From Candidatus Binatia bacterium (GTDB lineage Bacteria; Desulfobacterota; Binatia; DP-6): a stretch of DNA of 64,000 bases. Below are positions 57,292-64,000 of this stretch, piece by piece. The translations under genes were made by a program, and so were the position numbers. The notes beneath the pieces were generated by a model, which had not been told where the DNA came from, did not search any database, and worked only from the letters and a program-made list of their open reading frames with translations. Position 1 is the first letter of the stretch, and each line of letters begins with the position of its first letter. Where the stretch lies: positions 14,297 to 78,296 of the forward strand of contig DASYLJ010000096.1 of assembly GCA_036009625.1 (NCBI GenBank), written 5' to 3'.

Positions 57292-57747
57292 ATGCGGATG
57301 ATCATCCCCGGAGTGAGAGACCGTCGCGTCATCGACCGACAGCTCACGGGTTTCTTCCGCGAGTATCGGGAGACGGAGTTTCGGCGCGCCATCGCCGCCC
57401 TCAGCCGCTTCTACCACCTGCGCTCGCCGCGGGTTGAGTGGTTCGAGTACCTCGACTGGGGGAAGAGCGCGGGCCGCTGCTACGAGGACGGCAAGATCCA
57501 CCTCGTCCACCCCGAGAACTGGAAGCGCGGGCGGAAGTACAAGTCGGAGCGGCAGTGGATCACGGCCGTCTACCACGAGATGGGTCACTACATGCTCTGG
57601 ACCGACGCCGAACGGAAGGCCGACGCGTTCGCCTATCGCTTCGTGCGTGGCGTCCCCGTGTCGGGCCGCAAGAGCGTCGCGCGATCCGCGAGCGCCGCTA
57701 GCCAGTCACGTCTTCACCGCCGTCGACCCCGATCACGTTCCCGCTGA
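57292..57747 (+). CDS. Small putative zinc metallohydrolase (HExxH motif)
   Basis: VYHEMGHYMLW is an HExxH zincin motif. Basic C-terminal tail. AT-richer promoter-like region upstream. 3' end overlaps the convergent SDR gene. Confidence 0.45.
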   Translation: MRMIIPGVRDRRVIDRQLTGFFREYRETEFRRAIAALSRFYHLRSPRVEWFEYLDWGKSAGRCYEDGKIHLVHPENWKRGRKYKSERQWITAVYHEMGHYMLWTDAERKADAFAYRFVRGVPVSGRKSVARSASAASQSRLHRRRPRSRSR

Positions 57748-58498
57748 TCCAGCGCGAGCCGGGCAGCGAGAGCGCAACGAGCGCGCCGGCGACGTCCTCG
57801 GGCGTGGTGAGACGGTTCGCCGGATTGCGCCGTCGCGCCTCTTGGAACATCAGCTCGGCCACCGGGATCTTACGCGACGCCGGCGTGTCGGTGACACCCG
57901 CGCGAATCGCATTGACGGCCACGCCTGCACCACCGAGCTCGAGCGCGAGCTGACGCACGTGCGATTCGAGCGCCGCCTTCGCCGCCGACACCGCGCCATA
58001 GAAGGGCATGGCGCGCGTCCCACCCGAGCTCGTCATCGCGAAGACGCGGCTGCCCTCGCCGATCAGGCCCGCGGCCGACAGGTCCTGCACCCAGTAGACG
58101 AGACTGTGTGCCATCACGTCGAGCGTCATCTCGAGCTGCGCCTTCGTCGTCCGCTGCACCGCCTGATCGCTGACGAACGCCTTCAACGTGCCGAAGGCCA
58201 GCGAGTGCATCAGCAGACGCAGCGGGCGTCCCTCGAGCAACTCGCTCGCGCGCGCGCACACCTGGGCGCGTTTCTCGTCGTCGGCGGCGTTGACGTTGAA
58301 GAACTCCGCCTGCGCACCGGCGGCGCGCACGTCGCCGGCGACGGCGTGCGCCAGCGGCAACGTCGCCTTCCGGTCGAGGTGGACGCCGAGGATGCTCATG
58401 CCGTGGCGCGCCAGCTCGCGCGCCGCCGCGGCTCCGAACCCGCTCGACGCGCCCAGGATGAGACCCCACTCGCCCTCGAACGGCCGCCAGCTCGACAT
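57698..58498 (-). CDS. SDR-like oxidoreductase
   Basis: GLILGASSGFGAAAARELARHG Rossmann motif. YGAVSAAKAAL catalytic Y-x3-K. 266 aa. Confidence 0.8.
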   Translation of the reverse strand: MSSWRPFEGEWGLILGASSGFGAAAARELARHGMSILGVHLDRKATLPLAHAVAGDVRAAGAQAEFFNVNAADDEKRAQVCARASELLEGRPLRLLMHSLAFGTLKAFVSDQAVQRTTKAQLEMTLDVMAHSLVYWVQDLSAAGLIGEGSRVFAMTSSGGTRAMPFYGAVSAAKAALESHVRQLALELGGAGVAVNAIRAGVTDTPASRKIPVAELMFQEARRRNPANRLTTPEDVAGALVALSLPGSRWISGNVIGVDGGEDVTG

Positions 58499-58518
58499 GC
58501 GGGCGACATAGCCGACGC

Positions 58519-59082
58519 TTGTCGGCCCGGCAACGCTCGGCTAGCTTCCCGGGCGTGGGCGGCAAGGGCGATCGACCGAGCCTCGAGAACCGCTGGTGGG
58601 TCGACCAGCAGAAGGACTCGAAGGGCTACGTCATCGAGCAGCCCAAGATCCCGCTGCGCTTCTTCCGCTCCGGCCTCGGCTTCGATCAGGACCGCGCGCA
58701 ACGACGGCTCACCGACCTGAACCTCAAGTGGTTCAACGAAGCCGACCCGGAGCCCGGCGGCTGGGCCATGCTGCGCATGCTCGAAAAGGAGCGCGTTCCC
58801 GAGCCCCGCGTCGAGAAAGTGAAGAACGGCCTGCCCCTGCCGCCGAACTGCCGGGGCATCCTGGTCGACTCCGGCGACGCGCTGCGCGCCATCATCACGG
58901 GGCAGCCCACCGGTGAGCGCCTGATCGAGGTCCGGCTCGGGCAGCACTGCTCGTTCGACGCCTGGGTGCTGGGCGAGTGGGTGCGCGAAGAGGGCTACCG
59001 CAATTTCGACGAAGCCATGCGCAAGGTGCCACGGTTGATCCGCGAATACCTGACCACCGATCGCGGCGCGCCCATCGGCTGA
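58519..59082 (+). CDS. Hypothetical protein (187 aa)
   Basis: Protein-like composition (W, K, E rich). Start uncertain: TTG at 58519 or GTG at 58555. Followed by a GC hairpin. Confidence 0.4.
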   Translation: MSARQRSASFPGVGGKGDRPSLENRWWVDQQKDSKGYVIEQPKIPLRFFRSGLGFDQDRAQRRLTDLNLKWFNEADPEPGGWAMLRMLEKERVPEPRVEKVKNGLPLPPNCRGILVDSGDALRAIITGQPTGERLIEVRLGQHCSFDAWVLGEWVREEGYRNFDEAMRKVPRLIREYLTTDRGAPIG

Positions 59083-59150
59083 CGGCGCCCTACCCTTTAC
59101 CGGCGGATGGCGGGTTGCTATGCACGCCCCTTAACCGAGGGGGGCGCTCC

Positions 59151-59477
59151 ATGAGCAGCATCGAGGACGAGGAATCCAAAAAGCGCATTCAGGAAGCGGT
59201 CTGGGATGGGACCCAGAAGCTCATCGTCCTGTTGGTCGTCTTCGGTGGCGGGTTCTTCGCCGCATGGTTGGCATACGGCTACGGCCCGAACGGGGCACCG
59301 GCGCTGCGGGACAAGGTCACCGCGCAGGAGTCCTCGTACGTCGACGTGAACAAGAAGCGCGTCGATGCCGAGGGCAAGGCCACCGTCGTCGAGGGGCAGC
59401 TCCAGCGGTGCCAGGCCGACCTCCAGAAGCTCCGCAACGCCGCCGCCGCCGCCCCCGCACCGCCCCCGGCTCCCTGA
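59151..59477 (+). CDS. Small single-TM membrane protein with coiled-coil and Ala/Pro-rich tail (108 aa)
   Basis: MSSIEDEESKKRIQEAVWDGTQKLIVLLVVFGGGFFAAWLAYGY (TM), then coiled-coil-like region. Confidence 0.4.
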   Translation: MSSIEDEESKKRIQEAVWDGTQKLIVLLVVFGGGFFAAWLAYGYGPNGAPALRDKVTAQESSYVDVNKKRVDAEGKATVVEGQLQRCQADLQKLRNAAAAAPAPPPAP

Positions 59478-59539
59478 CGTCGACCACCCGAAAGTCTCAT
59501 TGACGGGCCGCCGACGCCCCGTCGTATGCCACGCAGCCG

Positions 59540-60418
59540 ATGGTTTCTACATGGTTGCGGCCCCGTATTGGATTGCTGTCCGCGATGTTGCTCGTCGCGG
59601 CCACGGCGCGTGACGTCCGCGCCGACCTCCCGATCTACTACCAGACCGACTTCCAGTCGGGGGTCGGGCCCGAGTGGTCGTCGAAGACGACACAGACCGC
59701 CGGCAACGTGGGTACCGTCCTCGGTGCGTTCGGACGCCAGGCCGTGACGCTGTCGCTGCACGACCTGCCGCAGCACGATCGCCTGCTGGTGACGTTCGAC
59801 CTCCTCATCGCCTCCACCTGGGACGGCAACGACGTCGACGCCGGACCCGACGTCTTCCGCGTGACGCTGGACGGCGTGACCGCCCTGCAGACCACCTTCT
59901 CCGAGGCGCCCGAGAAGCCGCAGTCGTACCCGGATGCCTATCCGGGCGGCGGCTCGCATCCGGGGGGAACCGGCGCCCTCGAGCAAGTCATCTTCTGGAC
60001 CAACGAGGACGATCGCTACCGCATCACGCTGGCGCTCGATCACGTCGCCACCGGCGCCGACCTGGTGTGGGAAGGCGTCAGCCTGCAGGAGCTGCCCGAC
60101 GAGGCGTGGGCCCTCGACAACGTCCGCGTCACGCTCGCCAGCGATACCGACGGCGACGGCGTCGACGACAGCCAGGAATCCCCGGTGTGCTTGGGCTCCG
60201 AGGCCGGCCAGCCGACGACGACGGTCGGCTGCACGGCGACGCAGGTGTGTCCCTGCGCGGCACCGCTCGGTCGTCACGCGTGGACGTCCCGCGGCGAGTA
60301 CCGGCGCTGCATCGATCGTGCGCTCGACGAGATGGTGCGTGACGCGCGCGCCTCCCTTGCCCAACGCACGCTGCTGCGTCGTGCCGCCCAGGCGACGACC
60401 TGCGGTCGCGACGACTGA
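59540..60418 (+). CDS. Secreted hypothetical protein with Asp-rich calcium-binding-like motif and Cys-rich C-terminus
   Basis: Signal-like MVSTWLRPRIGLLSAMLLVAATARDVRA. DTDGDGVDDSQ resembles thrombospondin type-3-like Ca-binding. 6 Cys in the C-terminal 70 aa. 292 aa. Confidence 0.6.
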   Translation: MVSTWLRPRIGLLSAMLLVAATARDVRADLPIYYQTDFQSGVGPEWSSKTTQTAGNVGTVLGAFGRQAVTLSLHDLPQHDRLLVTFDLLIASTWDGNDVDAGPDVFRVTLDGVTALQTTFSEAPEKPQSYPDAYPGGGSHPGGTGALEQVIFWTNEDDRYRITLALDHVATGADLVWEGVSLQELPDEAWALDNVRVTLASDTDGDGVDDSQESPVCLGSEAGQPTTTVGCTATQVCPCAAPLGRHAWTSRGEYRRCIDRALDEMVRDARASLAQRTLLRRAAQATTCGRDD

Positions 60419-60422
60419 CGCC

Positions 60423-61613
60423 TCAGATGACCTGCGCCTGACGAAGGCGCGCGATCTCGTCGTCGCTCATCCCGAGGAGCTCGCGCAGCACCTGATCGGT
60501 GTGCTGCCCGAGCTCGGGACCGAGCTTGCGCACGCTGCCCGGCGTGTCCGAGAGCTTCGGCACCACGCCTGCCGCGATCACCTCACCCAACGTGGGGTGG
60601 GGGAGTCGCTGGATCATCTCGCGCGCCAGCAGCTGCGGATGCCCGAGCAGCTGGTCGACGGTGTAGATCGGCGAGCACGGCACGCCGGCGCCGTCAGGCC
60701 CGAGCGCCTCCATCACCTGCTCCACCGTCCGCTCGCCGACCCACGCCCCGATGATGCCGTTGATCTCGTCGGTGCGTTCGAGCCGTCCGCTGACGCCACG
60801 AAAGCGCGGATCGTCGCCCAGCTCCGGCCGACCGATGGCTCCAGCCAGGGCGCGGAACAGCTTGTTGCTGGCGACGGCGATGACGATCCAGCCGTCCTGC
60901 GCGCGATAGCTGTCGTACGGCGCCGTCCCGAGGTGGCGATTGCCCACCTGTGACGGCATGCGCCCGGAGGCGGCGAAGATGGCCGGCCAGCTGTCGAGCA
61001 GCGAGAACATGGCGTCCTGGCTCGAGACGTCCACCGCCTGGCCGCGCCCGGTGCGATGACGCGCGTTGATCGCGCCCAGCACGCCGATGGCACCGAAGAG
61101 GCCCTGCACGTAGTCGCCGAGCGAGCCGCCGCCGCGCGTCGGCGGGTTGCCGGGAAACCCCGTCAGCGACATGAAGCCGCTCGAGGCCTGCGTGATGATG
61201 TCGTAGGACGGCCGCGCGCTCCACGGCCCCGTCTGCCCGAAGCCCGACAGGCTGGCGACGATGAGCCGCGGGTGCTCGCGACAGAGGTCCTCCGGCGCCA
61301 GGCCCCACTTCGCCAGCGTGCCGCCGGCGAAGTTCTCGACCAGCACGTCGAAGTGCGGCAGCAGGCGCCGCAGCAACGCGCGCCCCTCGTCCTTGCGGAG
61401 ATCGAGCGTGATGCCCTGCTTGTTGCGATTGAGCGCCAGGAAGAACACCGGCACGCCGTCGACGGGCGGATAGCCGTAGCGACCCTCGTCACCGCCCTTG
61501 GGCGCCTCGATCTTGACGACCGTCGCGCCCAGATCGGCGAGCAGCGAGGTGCAGAACGGACCTGCCAGGAACCGCGTCAGGTCGAGGATACGGACGTCGG
61601 CGAGCGCGCTCAT
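60423..61613 (-). CDS. CoA-transferase family III (CaiB/BaiF) protein
   Basis: MSALADVRILDLTRFLAGPFCTSLLADLGATVVKIE...LVENF is a CaiB/BaiF fold. 396 aa. Confidence 0.9.
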   Translation of the reverse strand: MSALADVRILDLTRFLAGPFCTSLLADLGATVVKIEAPKGGDEGRYGYPPVDGVPVFFLALNRNKQGITLDLRKDEGRALLRRLLPHFDVLVENFAGGTLAKWGLAPEDLCREHPRLIVASLSGFGQTGPWSARPSYDIITQASSGFMSLTGFPGNPPTRGGGSLGDYVQGLFGAIGVLGAINARHRTGRGQAVDVSSQDAMFSLLDSWPAIFAASGRMPSQVGNRHLGTAPYDSYRAQDGWIVIAVASNKLFRALAGAIGRPELGDDPRFRGVSGRLERTDEINGIIGAWVGERTVEQVMEALGPDGAGVPCSPIYTVDQLLGHPQLLAREMIQRLPHPTLGEVIAAGVVPKLSDTPGSVRKLGPELGQHTDQVLRELLGMSDDEIARLRQAQVI

Positions 61614-61876
61614 GACGGCAGGAAGTGCACCATGGCGCCGAGCAGCGACGAGAGATCGGCGTCGTCGGCGAGCTCGGACTGCAGGAGCGCGTGCGTCGCC
61701 AGGATGCGATCGACGTCGAGCGCGTCGTCGGGGACGTCGAGGAGCTGCTCGAGCTGCTTCAGGAGCGGCTGCGTCTGCAGCTTGGTATCGACGGGGATGT
61801 CGTCCGAGAGCGCGATCAGGAGACGACTGCGCTCGATCAGGCCGGCGAGGATCTCACCGTCGGTGCGCTCCTTCAC
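61610..61876 (-). CDS. Small acidic hypothetical protein (88 aa)
   Basis: Asp/Leu-rich. Start overlaps the TPR gene stop and its stop overlaps the CaiB start (4-nt overlaps), suggesting translational coupling. Confidence 0.5.
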   Translation of the reverse strand: MKERTDGEILAGLIERSRLLIALSDDIPVDTKLQTQPLLKQLEQLLDVPDDALDVDRILATHALLQSELADDADLSSLLGAMVHFLPS

Positions 61877-62208
61877 TGGCCTTCCTTCAGCTGGCGCTTC
61901 CAGTCGAGCAGCCGCGCCTTGCCGCCCTCGGCCTCGGCCTCGGGCACCATGTCGGCCGCCTGATAGATGCGCGACAGCGTGGTGTGGGCGAGCACGTCGT
62001 CCGGTGTGAGCTCGCAGAGCTTCTTCCCCGCCTCGATCGCTTCGGCGTGGCGCCTCTCGTCGTTCAGCGCCAGCGCCAGCCCCTGCCAGGCATCGGCGAA
62101 GTCGGGGTCGACGGCGATGGCCTCGTGGTAGCGCGCGATGGCGTCGTCGACCTTGCCGTCGGCGATCAGGTCGACCGCCTGGTCGAAGAGGTCGTACTTG
62201 TCGGCCAT
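61873..62208 (-). CDS. TPR repeat protein (111 aa)
   Basis: Three TPR-like units (AIARYHEAIAVDPDFADAWQGLALAL...). Leads the three-gene minus-strand operon. Confidence 0.65.
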   Translation of the reverse strand: MADKYDLFDQAVDLIADGKVDDAIARYHEAIAVDPDFADAWQGLALALNDERRHAEAIEAGKKLCELTPDDVLAHTTLSRIYQAADMVPEAEAEGGKARLLDWKRQLKEGQ

Positions 62209-62251
62209 GGCCCTGCGTAGCCGATTGGGTACGGCGCGGGCAAGGACGCTT

Positions 62252-63658
62252 TCAGAGCTCGTACTCGAAGACCCGCGCCATGCCGGCCTCCAGGTGGTAG
62301 AGGTTGTGGCAGTGGAAGAACCACCGCCCCGGGTTGTCGGCGGTGAACTCGATGCGCACCGTCTCGCCGGGGGCGACGTTGACGGTGTGCTTCAGCGGCG
62401 CGTTCTCCCCCGCCCCCTGCAGCAGGCGGAAGAAGTGTCCGTGCAGGTGCATCGGATGCCACATCATCGTCCGGTTGGTCAGCGCCACCTGGACCCGCTC
62501 GCCCTGGCGGATCAGCAGCGGGTCGGCCTTCGGATAGGCCTGGCCGTCGATGGTCCAGACGTAGCGCGCCATGTCGCCCTGGAGGTTCAGGGCGAACGCG
62601 CGGACCGGGCCGTCGGGCAGGGTCGTCGGCGCGACCGCGCGCAGGTCGGTGTAGGCGAGCGTGCGGCCGATCGTCGGGGGCACGATCAGGCTCGGCGCCG
62701 GCGCGACGTCGGGCGTGTGCAGGACGCCGATCGCCTGCCCCGACCCGTCCTGCGCCACCGCGTGCAGCGTGTAGCTGCCGGAGCCAGACAGCGTGACGAC
62801 GGCGTCGTAGCTCTCCGCCATGCCCATCAGGATTTGGTCGACGGTCACCGGCGTGATCGCGAGGCCGTCGGCGTGCGTGATCTGGAGCGGATGGCCGTCG
62901 AGCGCCACGCGGAAGTAGGTCGAAGATCCGCCGTTGACGATGCGCAGGCGGATGCGCTCGCCGGGCTTGGCGACGAGCGTCCACGGCGCCTGCGTGCCGC
63001 GGCCGTTCAGCAGGAACGCATCGTACTTCAGGTCCGACAGGTCGGCCTTCATCGGCATGCCGGGCATCATCGCCATCGGCTTCGCCGGCCCCTTCCGCAG
63101 CGCGTCCAGCGCGTCGTACGGCGAGCGGTGCAGCCAGTCGCCCAGCAGGACGACGACGTCCTGATCGACACGCAACGGCTCGTCGGCGGCTTCGATGACG
63201 AGCGGCCCGGCGAAGCCGATCTGCTCCTGGAGCGCCCAGTGCGAGTGGTACCAGTACGTCCCGCTCTGCCGCAGCGGGTACTCGTAGACGAACGTCTGTT
63301 GCGGCGCGATGGGGTCGCTCGACACCCCGGGCACGCCGTCCATGCCGGCCGGGACCAGGATTCCGTGCCAGTGGATCGCCGTCGGCTGATCGGCGAGCGC
63401 GTTCTGCGCCTCGACACGCAGCACGCCGCCCTCGCGGACACGGATCTCCGGTCCGGGATACTGGCCATTGACGGTGACGCCGGCGACCGGCTGGCGCCCG
63501 TCGGGATCGAGCGTCGTCGCGCCGACGCGGAAGGTGTACTGCGCCGGGGTCGGGCGCGGCACGTAGGGCGCCGGGGCGGCCGACGTCCCACGCGGCAGCA
63601 CGAGCGCGCCACCGGCCGCAGCCCCTGCCTGGAGGAGCCGGCGACGGGATATCCTCAT
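62252..63658 (-). CDS. Multicopper oxidase (CueO/CopA-like) with Tat signal
   Basis: Tat motif MRISRRRLLQAGAAAGGALVL. Copper sites HWHG, HSHW, WHPMHLHGH, HCHNLYHLEAGM. 468 aa. Confidence 0.85.
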   Translation of the reverse strand: MRISRRRLLQAGAAAGGALVLPRGTSAAPAPYVPRPTPAQYTFRVGATTLDPDGRQPVAGVTVNGQYPGPEIRVREGGVLRVEAQNALADQPTAIHWHGILVPAGMDGVPGVSSDPIAPQQTFVYEYPLRQSGTYWYHSHWALQEQIGFAGPLVIEAADEPLRVDQDVVVLLGDWLHRSPYDALDALRKGPAKPMAMMPGMPMKADLSDLKYDAFLLNGRGTQAPWTLVAKPGERIRLRIVNGGSSTYFRVALDGHPLQITHADGLAITPVTVDQILMGMAESYDAVVTLSGSGSYTLHAVAQDGSGQAIGVLHTPDVAPAPSLIVPPTIGRTLAYTDLRAVAPTTLPDGPVRAFALNLQGDMARYVWTIDGQAYPKADPLLIRQGERVQVALTNRTMMWHPMHLHGHFFRLLQGAGENAPLKHTVNVAPGETVRIEFTADNPGRWFFHCHNLYHLEAGMARVFEYEL

Positions 63659-63760
63659 CGTACCCCTGCCACGACGCGCCGGTCTTAGCCGCGGCCACGT
63701 CGCACGGTCAACGTTGACACCACCCACCCGCCTCCCTATCCCTCGCGGGTGTCCCTGGAG

Positions 63761-64000
63761 ATGGAGCTGGCGGCCGCCATCCGGGCCGAGGCCGACGGCG
63801 GCCCCCGGATCGACTTCGCACCCTGGGCGCTGCGCGTGTTCCGTCACCAGTACGAGCGCAACCCGGCGTACCGCGCCTTCTGCGATCGCCGTGGCGTGAC
63901 GCCGGACGGCGTCGCGGGCTGGGAGGACGTGCCCGCGGTGCCCACGGCCGCGTTCCGTCACGTCGACCTGACGTGTGGTCCGGCGCAGGCGGTATTCGTC
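63761..64000 (+). CDS. Partial CDS (N-terminus only), LuxE-like acyl-protein synthetase / acyl-CoA ligase family candidate
   Basis: ATG at 63761 then MELAAAIRAEADGGPRIDFAPWALRVFRHQYERNPAYRAFCDRRGV... runs to window end without stop. Resembles LuxE-family N-termini. Not in the ORF track because it is truncated. Confidence 0.35.
   Translation, partial: MELAAAIRAEADGGPRIDFAPWALRVFRHQYERNPAYRAFCDRRGVTPDGVAGWEDVPAVPTAAFRHVDLTCGPAQAVFV

Noticed and set aside
32417-59151. Shared GATGGCGGG...GGGGGCG motif just upstream of the start codons at 32441 and 59151
   Set aside because: Only two occurrences in GC-rich DNA. Likely coincidental GC hairpins or terminators rather than a regulatory motif.
1-64000. 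CRISPR arrays, rRNA, tRNA, IS elements
   Set aside because: No direct-repeat/spacer periodicity, no rRNA-like conserved stretches, no transposase or integrase ORFs and no obvious tRNA cloverleaf candidates in the short intergenic regions.

Overview
High-GC (about 70%) chromosomal segment from a Gram-negative bacterium, densely packed with about 60 genes, no rRNA, tRNA or CRISPR seen. The Gram-negative call rests on an outer-membrane beta-barrel, LpoB-like and CsgG-like lipoproteins, DsbA, a DUF1329 protein and an MMPL transporter; a Myxococcota-like lineage is only a guess. The six-frame track is full of long Arg/Ala-rich antisense ORFs typical of high-GC DNA. Real genes were picked by protein-like composition and recognisable motifs. 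Start coordinates were derived from ORF-track ends plus residue counts, so they may be off by a few nucleotides. Content: a translationally coupled operon (sulfatase, SAM methyltransferase, cupredoxin-like protein, HAMP adenylate cyclase, outer-membrane beta-barrel). A msrAB-fusion, Na+/H+ antiporter and Dabb operon. GtrA, a DUF4412-like protein, an S8 protease and an EthA-like Baeyer-Villiger monooxygenase. A hipBA toxin-antitoxin module with four tandem palindromic operator boxes, directly downstream of a truncated Hsp70-like ATPase, an SCP-x thiolase and a DUF35 protein. An MMPL/RND transporter fused to a C-terminal cyclic-nucleotide-binding domain, divergent from a GT2, a membrane sulfatase-like transferase and an SGNH hydrolase. 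MAPEG, quinone oxidoreductase, enoyl-CoA hydratase, GH1 beta-glucosidase and SDR paralogs. A short lower-GC islet of small ORFs. A CDP-alcohol phosphatidyltransferase and a CHASE3 hybrid histidine kinase. Two tandem paralogous secreted alpha/beta-hydrolase-like proteins. mgtE and glycyl-tRNA synthetase. A GH116 glucosylceramidase-like protein with a beta-helix secreted protein and a GT2-GT2-TPR cluster. A DsbA-like protein, an SDR plus flavin reductase, an LpoB-like/CsgG-like lipoprotein pair, a CoA-transferase operon, a Tat multicopper oxidase and a partial LuxE-like gene at the end. The most unusual items are the cNMP-gated MMPL transporter, the hipBA operator array with its Hsp70-like neighbour, and the tandem secreted hydrolase paralogs.
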